Shown here: positions 10,775-21,780 of the stretch, piece after piece
Numbering within the stretch: position 1 is the stretch's first letter
Layout: each line of letters starts with the position of its first letter
Assembly (NCBI RefSeq): GCF_000008645.1
Contig: NC_000916.1
Span: forward strand, 1,620,001-1,652,000
Reading direction: 5' to 3'
DNA from: Methanothermobacter thermautotrophicus str. Delta H
Lineage (GTDB): Archaea; Methanobacteriota; Methanobacteria; Methanobacteriales; Methanothermobacteraceae
DNA: 32,000 nt
Position numbers and translations under genes: made by a program
The notes under the pieces: model-generated
What the model was told of the DNA's origin: nothing
The model's database searches: none
Seen by the model: the letters and a program-made list of their open reading frames with translations, nothing else

Positions 10775-11539
10775 ATGGATATTTTAACTGCAGGTTTGCT
10801 GGCTGCTGTGATAATCGTTATTATTTCTCTGAGCCTGAAGATAGTTAAACAGTACGAGAGGGGTGTTGTTTTCAGACTGGGGAAGGTTATAGGCGTCAGG
10901 GAGCCAGGTCTTCGCATAATAATCCCGATTATTGATCGCATGGTAAGGGTTTCACTTCGAATAGTTACGATGCCCATACCATCCCAGAAGATAATAACAC
11001 AGGACAATGTTTCAATAGATGTGGCCGCGGTTGCCTACTTCAAGGTTGCAGACCCTCTCAGGGCCGTTGTTGCAATTGAGGACTATTATGGTGCGGTTAA
11101 CCAGATATCCCAGACAACAGTCAGGAACGTCATAGGCCAGTTTGTCCTTGACGAGGTCCTCTCAGAAACAGCAAGGATAAATGAGAAGATAAAGGAGATA
11201 ATAGATGAGCACAGCGAACCATGGGGCATAAACGTAACAACGGTGGAGATAAAGGATATAAAACTTCCTGAGGGGATGCAGCGGGCCATGGCCAGACAGG
11301 CAGAGGCTGAAAGAGACAAACGTGCCAAGATAATCACTGCCGAGGGGGAGTACTTCTCAGCAGCAAAGCTAGGAGAGGCCGCTGATGTGATTGAAAAACA
11401 TCCGGTGGCCCTTCAACTGAGAAATCTGCAGGTACTGGCTGAAATAGCCACAGAAAAGAATTCAACGATAGTATTCCCGGCCCAGTTCATGTCATCCATA
11501 AGGGACGTGAAGGAATTCATTGAGAGGGAGGATGAGTAA
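10775..11539 (+). CDS. SPFH/stomatin-prohibitin family membrane protein
   Basis: Internal ATG at 10775 preceded by GGGGGGAGGT; [40 protein letters not shown] and [19 protein letters not shown] are stomatin signatures. Confidence 0.92.
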   Translation: MDILTAGLLAAVIIVIISLSLKIVKQYERGVVFRLGKVIGVREPGLRIIIPIIDRMVRVSLRIVTMPIPSQKIITQDNVSIDVAAVAYFKVADPLRAVVAIEDYYGAVNQISQTTVRNVIGQFVLDEVLSETARINEKIKEIIDEHSEPWGINVTTVEIKDIKLPEGMQRAMARQAEAERDKRAKIITAEGEYFSAAKLGEAADVIEKHPVALQLRNLQVLAEIATEKNSTIVFPAQFMSSIRDVKEFIEREDE

Positions 11540-11667
11540 TTGTTTTTCTCAAAGAGAGCGGGAGGTGATACCATGGGAATGCCTTTCCAGCTGTTGTGAA
11601 ATGTACGAAGAGCGTTGAAGTTGATATGGATTGAGAAGATTGAGATACATGACGGGAGGTTAATTCT

Positions 11668-12225
11668 TTGAACAGAATAATGAACTTTTCCAGGGACATG
11701 ATACTTGTCCTTGCATCACCCGAGGAGGCCTTCAGGAGGGTCAGAGAGAGGGGTCTTGAAGGTCAGGGCATCTACCTGTACATCTTCCTATCAGCATTTC
11801 TCGGGTACATGCTTGGGGGTGTGTTGTCGACCGCAACAGGAGCAGGAATTGCAGTTCCCATTCTATTTGCAGTTGCTGTGCTGATCGTTTCCTTCATAAA
11901 ACTTCTGGTATGGGCTCTGATATCCCACATAATTGCATCGAAGGTTTTCGGTGGGGAGGGGACATTCGCAGGAACCCTCAAGATGATGGGCTTTGCAGCG
12001 GCCCCCTTCGTGGTTGGAATATTTGCCTTCATGACCCTGATACTCTGGAGGACCATCTTTACATCCACAGCACTCCTTGTGGTGATGTACATCTGGGTCA
12101 TTACAACTGCCATGGCTGCAGTGGCTGCTGAACATGGAATCGACTACGGAAGGGCATTTCTATCGGTATTTGCACTTCCAGCGCTTGTGATAACAGTTCT
12201 GATGATGATTCTGGGGGTGTTATGA
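11668..12225 (+). CDS. Yip1-domain-like membrane protein
   Basis: 185 aa, TTG start preceded by GGGAGG; FRRVRERG..., multiple TM segments. Confidence 0.7.
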   Translation: MNRIMNFSRDMILVLASPEEAFRRVRERGLEGQGIYLYIFLSAFLGYMLGGVLSTATGAGIAVPILFAVAVLIVSFIKLLVWALISHIIASKVFGGEGTFAGTLKMMGFAAAPFVVGIFAFMTLILWRTIFTSTALLVVMYIWVITTAMAAVAAEHGIDYGRAFLSVFALPALVITVLMMILGVL

Positions 12226-13025
12226 TGGACAGGATGAACATTGCAGGGGCCGTCCTCCTCATAGTACTGGTGGCTGCATTCATCGTTGCATCTGCAGCAC
12301 CGATCCTGCAGCCGAAGGATAAGGAGGCGGCTCAGAACTTCACACTTAACTCAAGCGAGGTATCAGGGGTCAGATATGTGAATGTGAACCTTGAATCGAA
12401 TGCCAGCGACGTTGAACTTGAATTTACAAACACATCAGAGAGGGTTTACACGGTTGAGACACAGAGGAATTTCACAGGCCCAGTTCCGGGGTTAAACATG
12501 CGGTGAACGGTGAAAACCTGAACCTGAACATTACATGGACACAGGCACCGCAAGATAATCTTGTCAAACAAATACATCTACTACATCACCATCAGGACAA
12601 AGACAGGCGGATTAATGGTTGTACTTGCCAACGATTCAAGGATAGAAAACCTCAACTCAACCATTCAGTACGCAGGGGGAGGGACGGTGCTCATCGGAAA
12701 TTCCACCTTCAGGAATGCGTCCTTCCGTGTTAACACCGGCGGTTTCTACATAGCAGACCTGCATCAGAATCTGAGGGCCAGCGGTAATCTGAGCACCGAT
12801 GTCACCATAGGGGGGACAGCACTGGCCATTTCACCTGACAACGTCCTTAGAATCACGGGTTCAGTGGATTACGGGGGCATAGCATTTGAACCGGCAGGTC
12901 TCAGGGTTATAAGGAATTCAACAAGCTACCTTGAACTTGAAGGGTCAGGGAAGATTGGAATAATAAACCGTGTGGGCCTTGGAGGTGTTAATGTGGGGGT
13001 GTTCAGAATGCCAGTGGCACCCTGA
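12222..13025 (+). pseudogene. Hypothetical secreted/membrane-anchored protein with paired compensating frameshifts
   Basis: Frame-0 ORFs 12222-12506 and 12561-13025 are linked by a frame-2 stretch (..AVNGENLNLNITWTQAPQDNLV..); overall length 804 nt is a multiple of 3. Confidence 0.6.
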
Positions 13026-13079
13026 ACCCACCACCACTCTTTTTTATCATCGGAGCTTTGATTTCATCAGATATACCTA

Positions 13080-14465
13080 TCATCTGTCCTTTTTGAAGGG
13101 GATTTTTGGCTCGATATAGGTCCTGTAGAGGGTTTCGAAGAATACGCGTATCATGTAACTGTGCTTCAGGAGGTAACGTGGTCTTGAATAGAACTTGATG
13201 TAGGCCTTCACGAGTTTTTTCTGGATGAGTTCACGGCTCAGTCCGAGCTTCTCGTATTTGATAACCGGCTTTATAACGGTGTAATTCTCCCAGTCATCTT
13301 CGATGAGTCCCTGGCTCTTGAGCTCCGCATAGATCGGGGTGCCGGGGAATGGGGTCAGTATTGAGTACTGGCTGTAGTCCGGGTCAAGCTTTATTGAAAA
13401 GTCTATGGTCCGGTCCATCTCGGAGGGTTTTTCACCGGGATATCCCAGTATGAAGGATGTTATGACATCCACCCCAACCTTCTTGGTGACCCTCACAGCA
13501 TCCTCGGCCTGCTTCACGGTTATGCCCTTTTTCATCATATCAAGGACGCGCTGACACCCTGATTCAACGCCATAATATATTGTGCTCATTCCAGCGTTCC
13601 TCAGGTCCCTGAGAAGGGACTCCTGGACCATATCCACCCTTGAGGACGTGACAAAGCTCACATCAAGGTTCCTCCTCCGGATCTCCTCAGAGATCTCCCT
13701 GGCACGGGGTCGGTGGAGCATGAAGGTGTCGTCAAGGAATGCTATATCATGGAGGCCATAAACCTCCACAAGTTCCTCAACCTCATCCACTACGTTCTCC
13801 GGGCTCCTGAATCTGAACTTCTTACCCATTATGAGGGATGATGAACAGTACCTGCAGGGGTAGACACAGCCGCGGCTGGTTATCATCCCCCCGGCGTCCT
13901 GGCTGGATGTCTCATAGTCCCTGAAGGGCACCAGGTGCCTTGCGGGGAAGGGTATCTCATCAAGGTCCTCTATGAGGGGCCGGGGTTCGTTTGTCCGTAT
14001 CCTGTCACCCTCGCGGTAGGTGATACCTGCAACACCATCCAGGGATCCTCCCCTCTCATGGTTCTCTGCAAGGTCAACGATGGTGGCCTCACCCTCACCC
14101 ATGACAACAACATCAAGGTCCCTGCACTCCCTCAGTGTGTCTACAGGGAGAAATGTGGGGTGAGGACCGCCTATAACCGTCAGGACGTTGGGTAAACGAT
14201 CCTTTATGGCCTTTATGTACTCGAGAGATGTTCTTATTGTTGCGGTGGTTGCGGTTATTCCCACGATGAAGGGGTTGATCCTCTCAACGAGTCTGGCAAC
14301 CCCCTCAACTCCCATTCTCCGGAGGTCATCGTCGATTATCTTAACACTGAAGGATGCCCTTTCAAGGGAGGCTCCAAGGTACATCAGGTTGAGGGGCGGC
14401 AAAACAAAGCCCAGTTTATTTTTCACGGCTGTCCTGTCCTCGGGGTTTATAAGCACGACGTCCAA
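13080..14465 (-). CDS. Cobalamin-binding-domain radical SAM protein
   Basis: N-terminal B12-binding-like fold (VLINPEDR...[10 protein letters not shown]...[11 protein letters not shown]) then CVYPCRYC radical SAM motif; 461 aa. Confidence 0.88.
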   Translation of the reverse strand: MDVVLINPEDRTAVKNKLGFVLPPLNLMYLGASLERASFSVKIIDDDLRRMGVEGVARLVERINPFIVGITATTATIRTSLEYIKAIKDRLPNVLTVIGGPHPTFLPVDTLRECRDLDVVVMGEGEATIVDLAENHERGGSLDGVAGITYREGDRIRTNEPRPLIEDLDEIPFPARHLVPFRDYETSSQDAGGMITSRGCVYPCRYCSSSLIMGKKFRFRSPENVVDEVEELVEVYGLHDIAFLDDTFMLHRPRAREISEEIRRRNLDVSFVTSSRVDMVQESLLRDLRNAGMSTIYYGVESGCQRVLDMMKKGITVKQAEDAVRVTKKVGVDVITSFILGYPGEKPSEMDRTIDFSIKLDPDYSQYSILTPFPGTPIYAELKSQGLIEDDWENYTVIKPVIKYEKLGLSRELIQKKLVKAYIKFYSRPRYLLKHSYMIRVFFETLYRTYIEPKIPFKKDR

Positions 14466-15829
14466 TTAAACACCACCAGTCTCTTTTTCTCCACAGATTC
14501 TGCACCATTCACTCATGTTGTTCACACAGCCGGGGTCCGGTGAACGGATGTCCCCAAGGTAGGATAGGGCGCGTGCTCTGCAGCCGCCGCAGATGTATCT
14601 TGATTCGCATGATCCACAGTGACCTGTGAGTTCATCCCTGTCCCTGAGGGTCTTGAGGACCTTATTTGTCTTCCATAAATCTTCAAAGCTGTCTTCGAGA
14701 ATGTTTCCCACACGCATATCCTCACGGTGGGGGAAAAATACGCAGGGGTAGATATCGCCATCAGGTTCTATGCTAAGGTAAAATCTTCCAGCGCCACATC
14801 CACCGATGAATTCAGCCAGCTGAAGAGTTTCCTCTGTGTATTCGGGGTTATAGAAGTGGGTGGGTATTATCTTCTTATCATGGCTGAGACCCGCTGCAAT
14901 TGGTGCGAACTGTGGCGCCGTTGAAAGTATCTGGATTTTCTCCTGGAGGTTACTGTGGTGGGCATCACAGAGGACCCTGTATCTTTCACCCGGGCTTATG
15001 TCCAGTTCCTGGTTCTCATTTCCCCTGCCAGCGGGTATGAAGTTGTAGAGCATGAACCAGTCTGCACCCAGCTCATGGAAGAATTCACCCATGCCGGCCA
15101 GATGCATACAGTTCTCTGAGGTTACAGTGGTCGCAACCTCCACAAGGATGTCGTACTCTGAGAAGTTTTTAACGGCCTCACAGGCCCTCTCCCATGAGCC
15201 ATCAACACCACGGAATCTGTCATGGACCTCTGGCCTTATTGAATCTATGCTTATCTGGACAAACTGCAGGCCCGCATCGACGAATTTACTGCAAGCATCC
15301 ATGTCACTGAAGATGTAGCCATTGGTTGCCATGGCAGTGTACATGCCGTTTTCATGGGACCTTGATATGTACTCTATTATGGTGGGGTGTATGCTTGGTT
15401 CTCCACCCGAAAAGGCAAGGGATGTTACACCTGCGTCTGCGAGGGTGTCTATAACCCTGAGACCTTCAGAAGGTTTCATTTCACATGATTTTCGACCGGC
15501 GTATTCATAGCAATGTTTACACTTCATGTTGCAGCGCTTTGTAATGTTCCATACAACCTGGAAGGGGGCTCCGGGTATGAATGGCCTGTTAACACCGAAA
15601 ACCCGATGCCCCTGAGGACGCTGATGAGGCCCCTGAACCAGTATTGATCATGCATCTGTTCCCGTATATCCTCCTCCTTCACGCCAAAGGCATCCGCTCC
15701 CCTCTTCACTATGAGTCCAAGGATACTGGACAGTAACCTGCACTCAAAGCAGCATTCATCACCATGGAGGAAATGTTTCAGGGCACTTTCTATTCTTGGA
15801 GCTCCGTCCTTCCGGCACTCCCCTGTCAT
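14466..15829 (-). pseudogene. Radical SAM/SPASM-domain protein, split by a frameshift
   Basis: Intact frame would read ...NRPFIPGAPFQVVWNITKRCNMKCKHCYEYAG (CxxxCxxC) joined to upstream ORF 15524-15829; C-terminal CGSCESRYICGGCRARA..C SPASM-like cysteines; span 1364 nt = 3n+2. Confidence 0.8.
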
Positions 15830-15911
15830 ATGCTTTAGAAGTATCCTTGAAGCAGGGTTTTCAGCAACCCTCCGGAATGTATCTGTAAGATCCCTGAGAT
15901 CCCCCCGGCGA

Positions 15912-16496
15912 CTATCCCTTAATCATACCACCTCCTGCCATACCGTTCCATAATATGTCCATGAACCGCCCGGCTGATGGTGTTTCATGTCCACGGAAGT
16001 GTGAACTGAGACTTGCATGTGAGATGTAGCTTACAATAATCTCTGCAGCGGTCCCAGGATCCACAGCCCTTAAGGAGCCCTCATCGATCTTCTTCCTCAG
16101 GTAAGCCTCAATTGAATTGTATATCAATCTGCCAGCTGAATCAGGAACCTCCCATTCCTCAAAACCGTGTTCTTCAAGTTCCCTCTCAACCATCATTACG
16201 AAGAGGAGGTCGATCTTCTCCTCGACCATTACCCGGATTAGCTGTTCGCTGACTTCCTCAAGTACATCACGCGGGTCACCATCCCCATCAAGGACTTCAA
16301 GTACCTGGGACAGCCTTTCAGTGCTCTCATCCATTATCCTTTTGAGAAGATTTTTCTTGGATCCAAATTTTCTGAATACTGTTACTTCACTCACACCGGC
16401 CCGCGATGCGATTTCACGGGTAGCTGTACCTCTGTACCCCCTCTTTATGAAGAGTTCCCTTGCAGCATTGGTTATCCTCTTCTCTGTTGAGACCAT
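15912..16496 (-). CDS. TetR-family transcriptional regulator
   Basis: MVSTEKRITNAARELFIKRGYRGTATREIASRAGVSEVTVFRKFGSKKNLLKRIM. Confidence 0.9.
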   Translation of the reverse strand: MVSTEKRITNAARELFIKRGYRGTATREIASRAGVSEVTVFRKFGSKKNLLKRIMDESTERLSQVLEVLDGDGDPRDVLEEVSEQLIRVMVEEKIDLLFVMMVERELEEHGFEEWEVPDSAGRLIYNSIEAYLRKKIDEGSLRAVDPGTAAEIIVSYISHASLSSHFRGHETPSAGRFMDILWNGMAGGGMIKG

Positions 16497-16570
16497 GATA
16501 CCACTTATGTAAGTACTTACTAACATTCTGTGGGTTAGTGTTATATAAACCTATCGCCACAGATATGATC

Positions 16571-16912
16571 ATGAAAATAACCGAGGACGATGTTATTGAA
16601 TCCCTTGAACTCTTCACAAGGGTCCCATCATTCATTCTAAGGCGCTGGGCTCGTGGAAGGACAAACCTGGCCTCAAGATTCAGGTCGCAGATAATCGAGG
16701 GGTATTCGCAGCTCTCAGAATCTGACAGGGAGAGAGTGAGGGCCGTCCTTCAAATGGACGTCTCTGATATCCAGAACATCCTTGAGGCGGCCCACCTGAA
16801 AACAGGAAAAAGACAGCTGGGGATACTTGCAGATCCCTCAAGCAGGAATTTCATAGAGATTAATCTTGGGGAGATCCGGAATATCCTTTCTCAGGAATTT
16901 CATAGAGATTAA
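16571..16912 (+). CDS. Hypothetical protein with 3' end altered by a tandem duplication
   Basis: ORF MKITEDDVIESLELFTRVPSFILRRW...; stop codon lies inside the second repeat copy. Confidence 0.6.
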   Translation: MKITEDDVIESLELFTRVPSFILRRWARGRTNLASRFRSQIIEGYSQLSESDRERVRAVLQMDVSDIQNILEAAHLKTGKRQLGILADPSSRNFIEINLGEIRNILSQEFHRD

Positions 16913-16932
16913 TCTTGGGGAGATCCGGAATA
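16843..16932 (+). repeat. Tandem duplication: exact 41-nt copies, 49-nt period
   Basis: CAGGAATTTCATAGAGATTAATCTTGGGGAGATCCGGAATA at 16843-16883 and 16892-16932. Confidence 0.95.
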
Positions 16933-16953
16933 GCATCCATCAGGAAAAGACCA

Positions 16954-17964
16954 CTAATCCTGGAGCCTCCCACCGTACATTCTCTCATAGTACCTGAGGT
17001 ACTCCCCGCTCTTTATATTCTCCCACCAGTCCCTGTTATCAATGTACCACCTTATGGTCTCCCTGATACCCTCCTCAAATGAGTAAAGGGGCTTCCAGCC
17101 AAGTTCATTCCGTATCTTACTGGCATCGATTGCATATCTCCGGTCATGTCCCGGGCGGTCCTCAACGAACCTTATGAGGGATTCATCCTTGCCAAGCTCC
17201 CTCACTATCAGCTCAACGATCTCTATGTTCCTCCTCTCACTGTTACCCCCTATATTGTAGACCTCACCTACACGTCCGCGGTGCAGAACAAGGTCAACTG
17301 CCCTGCAGTGGTCCAGGACATGTATCCAGTCCCTGACATTCATCCCATCACCGTAGACAGGCAGCGGCTTATTCTCAAGGGCATTTGTTATCATTAAGGG
17401 TATGAGTTTTTCAGGGAACTGGTAGGGTCCATAGTTGTTTGAGCAGCGGGTTATATTGACTGGCAGACCATAGGTCCTGTGATATGCCCTCACCATGAGA
17501 TCCGCAGAGGCCTTGCTGGCGGAGTAGGGGCTGTTGGGTGCCAGGGGTGTCTCCTCTGTGAAGTAACCCTTCTCTGCTGAACCATAGACCTCATCGGTTG
17601 AGATCTGTATGAACCTTTCAACTCCATGTTTTCTTGAGGCCTCCAGCAGAGTCTGTGTGCCCAGGATATTTGTCCTTATGAATATCTCTGGATCCTCGAT
17701 GCTGCGGTCCACATGTGACTCCGCTGCAAAGTTAATGACGGCGTCCACGTCCTTTATGATTCCATCCACGAGTTTCCTGTCGGTTATGCTCCCCCTCACA
17801 AAGGTGTAGCGGGGTTCATCCTCAACCCCCCTCAGGTTCTCAAGGTTTCCGCAGTAGGTGAGGGCGTCAAGGTTTATTATATGGTAGGGGTGTTCCTGGA
17901 GCATGTACCTTATGAAGTTGCTCCCTATGAAACCAGCCCCCCCGGTTACAAGAATCTTCTCCAT
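16954..17964 (-). CDS. rfbB: dTDP-glucose 4,6-dehydratase
   Basis: [48 protein letters not shown]; 336 aa. Confidence 0.96.
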   Translation of the reverse strand: MEKILVTGGAGFIGSNFIRYMLQEHPYHIINLDALTYCGNLENLRGVEDEPRYTFVRGSITDRKLVDGIIKDVDAVINFAAESHVDRSIEDPEIFIRTNILGTQTLLEASRKHGVERFIQISTDEVYGSAEKGYFTEETPLAPNSPYSASKASADLMVRAYHRTYGLPVNITRCSNNYGPYQFPEKLIPLMITNALENKPLPVYGDGMNVRDWIHVLDHCRAVDLVLHRGRVGEVYNIGGNSERRNIEIVELIVRELGKDESLIRFVEDRPGHDRRYAIDASKIRNELGWKPLYSFEEGIRETIRWYIDNRDWWENIKSGEYLRYYERMYGGRLQD

Positions 17965-17974
17965 TCAGATCTCC

Positions 17975-18532
17975 TCACAGGTATACAGGGTTCTCCCTGA
18001 GGGGTTTCCAGTTTCTGTCCTTCTCTGAGATTATCAGATCATCCACCATTTCAAGTGGCCAGTCTATTCCAATGTCAGGGTCGTCCCAGGGGATCCCTGA
18101 GTCATATTCAGGGTGGTAAAGCTCGGTGCATTTGTAGTTAACTATGCACTCATCTGAGAGGGCCAGGAATCCATGTGCAAAGCCCTCTGGGATGAAAAAC
18201 TCCCTTCTGTTCTCATCTGAGAGCCTGACGCCAGTCCATTCACCATAGGTATCTGAGTTCTTCCTGAGGTCCACTGCAACATCAAAGATTTCGCCCCTTA
18301 TAACCCTCACAAGTTTTCCCTGGGGCTTTTCTCTCTGGAAGTGCAGTCCCCTGAGGACACCCCTAACTGACATAGACTCGTTGTCCTGCACAAACCTGAC
18401 TTCAAGGCCATTTTCCTGGAATATGGCCTCATTGAATGTCTCCATGAAGTATCCTCTCTCGTCCGTGTACACCTCGGGTTCTATGATTATGGCACCATCA
18501 AGGCTGGTTTTTATGAACCGGAATTCAGCCAT
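17975..18532 (-). CDS. rfbC: dTDP-4-dehydrorhamnose 3,5-epimerase
   Basis: Internal start [33 protein letters not shown]; [19 protein letters not shown]; 185 aa; start overlaps rfbA stop. Confidence 0.96.
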   Translation of the reverse strand: MAEFRFIKTSLDGAIIIEPEVYTDERGYFMETFNEAIFQENGLEVRFVQDNESMSVRGVLRGLHFQREKPQGKLVRVIRGEIFDVAVDLRKNSDTYGEWTGVRLSDENRREFFIPEGFAHGFLALSDECIVNYKCTELYHPEYDSGIPWDDPDIGIDWPLEMVDDLIISEKDRNWKPLRENPVYL

Positions 18533-19403
18533 GGAAGTTCCCCTCCGCAAGGTCCCTGAGGTACTTACCGTAATCTGTTTTTTCAAGCTTTTCGGCCATT
18601 TCAAGCACATCCTCCCTGGTGATCCAGCCATTGTTGTAGGCGATCTCCTCCAGGCATGCAATGTAGAAACCCTGCCTCTTCTGTATTGTTTCTATGAAGC
18701 TGCTTGCCTCAAGGAGACCATCATGGGTCCCTGTATCCAGCCAGGCCATCCCACGACCCATGAGCTCGACCCTGAGTTTACCCATCCTGAGGTATTCCTC
18801 ATTGACTGATGTTATCTCAAGCTCACCCCTATCTGAGGGTTCTATCCTCCTTGCGATCTCAACAACCTGGTTGTCATAGAAGTAGAGGCCGGGTACAACG
18901 TAATTCGATTTTGGCCGTGATGGTTTCTCCTCAATGGAGATAACCCTGCCTTCACTGTCAAATTCAACCACCCCGAAGGGACGCGGGTCTCTGACATAGT
19001 AACCGAATATGACAGCGCCATCCTCCAGTGAAGCCGCCCTGCGGAGTATTTCACTGAACCTGTGCCCGTAGAAGACGTTGTCACCCAGAACAAGGGCAAC
19101 CTTTGAGTCCCCTATGAAATCTTTACCCACGATGAATGCATCCGCAATCCCCCGGGGTTCCTCCTGGACCCTGTAGGAGAACCTGACCCCGAACTGCGAG
19201 CCGTCCCCCAGAAGATCCCTGTAGAGTGGAAGGTCCCGGGGTGTTGATATTATAAGTATGTCCCTTATTCCCGCCAGCATAAGGACGGATAGGGGGTAGT
19301 ATATCATTGGTTTATCATAGATCGGCAGCAGCTGCTTTGAAACAGCCCTTGTTATCGGGTAGAGGCGGGTCCCTGAGCCACCTGCAAGAACTATTCCCTT
19401 CAT
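18525..19403 (-). CDS. rfbA: Glucose-1-phosphate thymidylyltransferase
   Basis: [46 protein letters not shown]; 292 aa. Confidence 0.97.
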   Translation of the reverse strand: MKGIVLAGGSGTRLYPITRAVSKQLLPIYDKPMIYYPLSVLMLAGIRDILIISTPRDLPLYRDLLGDGSQFGVRFSYRVQEEPRGIADAFIVGKDFIGDSKVALVLGDNVFYGHRFSEILRRAASLEDGAVIFGYYVRDPRPFGVVEFDSEGRVISIEEKPSRPKSNYVVPGLYFYDNQVVEIARRIEPSDRGELEITSVNEEYLRMGKLRVELMGRGMAWLDTGTHDGLLEASSFIETIQKRQGFYIACLEEIAYNNGWITREDVLEMAEKLEKTDYGKYLRDLAEGNFHG

Positions 19404-19426
19404 GCTTCACCTCCTCAGACTTTCAT

Positions 19427-20269
19427 TCATTTTACAAAACCCGCATCTTTGAGGTAATCCCTCAGGGCGTCCCTGTAGTTCCTCAGGGGTTTGAAACCCT
19501 CCATGGACCAGTTATAGTTTCTGAGAACAGAGAATGAGGGCCTCCGGGCGGGTCTGGGGAATTCATGGCTTTTCACGGGTTTCAGGCACACTTCCATGCC
19601 GAGTTCATTGAATATATCAATGGCAAATTCATACCACGAGCACTGACCAGAATTTGTGAGGTGATAGACCCCGTAGGCCGGTCTCTCCAGCAGGTTCCCG
19701 ATGGCTGCTGCAAGGTCACGGGTGTAGGTCGGGGATCCGTACTGGTCATCCACAACGCTTATTTCATGACCCCTCTCAGCGAGTTCAACCATGGTCCCCA
19801 CGAAGTTTCTCCCGTTCCTTCCGAACAACCATGATGTTCTGACAATGTAGAACCTCTCTGAAAGCTGACGCACCGAAACCTCGCCGAGGTACTTTGTTTT
19901 ACCATAGAAGTTAAGGGGATTTGGTTCATCAAATTCAAGGTATCCATCACCTTTTTCTCCATCAAAGACGTAATCCGTTGATATGTACAGGATGGATGAC
20001 CCCACAGCTGATGCCGCAGCTGCAATGTTCCTGGTGCCAAGCACGTTCACCTGGTATGCTTTATCCCTCTCTGTTTCTGCACAGTCAACGTCTGTGAATG
20101 CCGCGGCATGTACAACGGCGTCGGGCCGGGTCTCCCTGAGGAGTTCCATAACACCCTCAAGGTCACGGATGTCAAGGGAGCCTGATGTTACAACCTCATG
20201 CCTCCGGGATAGGATGTCCACGAGGTCGCTTCCCAGCATGCCCGAGGAACCGGTTATAAGGATCTTCAT
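19427..20269 (-). CDS. rfbD: dTDP-4-dehydrorhamnose reductase
   Basis: ITGSSGMLGSDLVDIL, STDYVFDG, YGKTKYLGE; 280 aa. Confidence 0.95.
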   Translation of the reverse strand: MKILITGSSGMLGSDLVDILSRRHEVVTSGSLDIRDLEGVMELLRETRPDAVVHAAAFTDVDCAETERDKAYQVNVLGTRNIAAAASAVGSSILYISTDYVFDGEKGDGYLEFDEPNPLNFYGKTKYLGEVSVRQLSERFYIVRTSWLFGRNGRNFVGTMVELAERGHEISVVDDQYGSPTYTRDLAAAIGNLLERPAYGVYHLTNSGQCSWYEFAIDIFNELGMEVCLKPVKSHEFPRPARRPSFSVLRNYNWSMEGFKPLRNYRDALRDYLKDAGFVK

Positions 20270-20385
20270 CTGAGCACCTCTCTCTGGTCTTTTATTGTTA
20301 GAGGGATCTTAATACAAACCCCTCTTTCCCTGGTTTTATTCTGGATATCTTTCATGATAACAAATCCCTTATCTGATTGCAGGAA

Positions 20386-21087
20386 TCATCTCGGAACCTC
20401 TGAGGTTACCGGGTAAGGATACCCTGCTATCTCAAGAAAAGCATCAACATCAAACAGTCCCTCAAGGACGTGGTCTGCACCAGCATCCTCAAGTTCATCC
20501 ATGCTGAAATCACCTGTTGCAACCCCCACCGTTGTGACACCCACTTCCCGGCCGGCTGCAATATCACGGGGTGTGTCCCCCACGGCAATAACATCCCCTG
20601 CCTTGAGGTTTCCATAGATACCTGAAGCTCTTTCAAGGGCCAGCCTCAGAATTGAGGCCCTGCTGCAGCCCTCATTACCGAAGCCTCCGAACCGGAAGTG
20701 GGTATCAAAGGATGCTTCCCTGAGTTTCAGCCAGGCCACGGGTTCAATGTTACCGGTTACAACTCCAAGGGGTATCCCTGCATCCCTTAGGTGCTCAAGG
20801 ACCGCCCCGGCACCATCAAGGGGCCTTATATTATCCCTGCCAAGGTTCAGCCTGTAGTTGTATGATATCCTGTCGACTATCCTCCTGAAATCGTCTTCAT
20901 CAATTTCAAGGCCATGTTCAGCAGCTGTCCTGAATATTATCTCCTTATCGGTCATCCCCTGCATGTTCCCGATATCTATCCTGACATCAACATCAAACAG
21001 TTCCCTGAATGCCAGCCTGAAGGAGTAGAAGTGGCAGTGGGAACCCACAAGGAGGGTCTTATCAATGTCAAATATGATGGTCTTCAT
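20386..21087 (-). CDS. HAD-family hydrolase (phosphoglycolate phosphatase-like)
   Basis: IIFDIDKTLLVG, GVVTGN, VAVGDTPRDIAAGREVGVTTVGVATG; 233 aa. Confidence 0.88.
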   Translation of the reverse strand: MKTIIFDIDKTLLVGSHCHFYSFRLAFRELFDVDVRIDIGNMQGMTDKEIIFRTAAEHGLEIDEDDFRRIVDRISYNYRLNLGRDNIRPLDGAGAVLEHLRDAGIPLGVVTGNIEPVAWLKLREASFDTHFRFGGFGNEGCSRASILRLALERASGIYGNLKAGDVIAVGDTPRDIAAGREVGVTTVGVATGDFSMDELEDAGADHVLEGLFDVDAFLEIAGYPYPVTSEVPR

Positions 21088-21130
21088 GGTATCATTCCAT
21101 TACTTAAAGCGGATCAGCCGAAATTCAATT

Positions 21131-21346
21131 CTAGCTGTACTTTTTTCTCAGATGCTCTGAACTGTAATCATAATAGACAATATTGGACTTAATAAAAACC
21201 CTCTGCACGGGTTCATCATCCTGAAGGTATGTCACGGTTATCTTCCTCTCACTCACACGAATCTCCACTGCATTGCCACGGGGACCTGTACTGTAGGTGT
21301 GCTCCTCCCCCACAAGGTCCCTTATCCTTATCCAGTCCACTGCCAT
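21131..21346 (-). CDS. Small hypothetical protein
   Basis: 71-aa ORF upstream of HAD gene, same strand. Confidence 0.45.
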   Translation of the reverse strand: MAVDWIRIRDLVGEEHTYSTGPRGNAVEIRVSERKITVTYLQDDEPVQRVFIKSNIVYYDYSSEHLRKKYS

Positions 21347-21418
21347 TTTAATCCATCCGAATATTTCACCAGAGTCTCTGCGTTATTATTATCTACGGTT
21401 CCATCTATAAAGTATTTC

Positions 21419-21778
21419 ATGAAGAGGGATATCTGTGAAATTGAGCATACAGACAGGGAACGGGTGCTGAGGGTGAGGGCTGAAATGCCCTCCATCGATG
21501 ATATAAGGGGGATCTGTGACATTTTTAAGATATTATCTGAGCCAACACGACTTAAGATACTCATGGCGCTTTCACTGGACTCCCTCTGCGTATGTGAACT
21601 GGCATCATTACTGGATGTAACCCAGTCAGCGGTTTCACATCAGCTGAGGATCCTCAGGAACGCCGGGATGGTTGACTATGAGAGGGATGGTAAGATGGCG
21701 CGCTATTACCTAAGGGATAATATGGTTGTGGATTTCATAGAGCAGTGCAGTAAACTGCATTCACGGTGTGAGGAATAA
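21419..21778 (+). CDS. ArsR/SmtB-family transcriptional regulator
   Basis: FKILSEPTRLKILMALSLDSLCVCELASLLDVTQSAVSHQLRILRNAGMV; likely start at internal ATG 21419. Confidence 0.88.
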   Translation: MKRDICEIEHTDRERVLRVRAEMPSIDDIRGICDIFKILSEPTRLKILMALSLDSLCVCELASLLDVTQSAVSHQLRILRNAGMVDYERDGKMARYYLRDNMVVDFIEQCSKLHSRCEE

Positions 21779-21780
21779 AA

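Noticed and set aside
17975-18661. Longer rfbC ORF start in the ORF track
   Set aside because: The N-terminal extension lies inside rfbA; canonical MAEFRF start at 18532 overlaps the rfbA stop normally.
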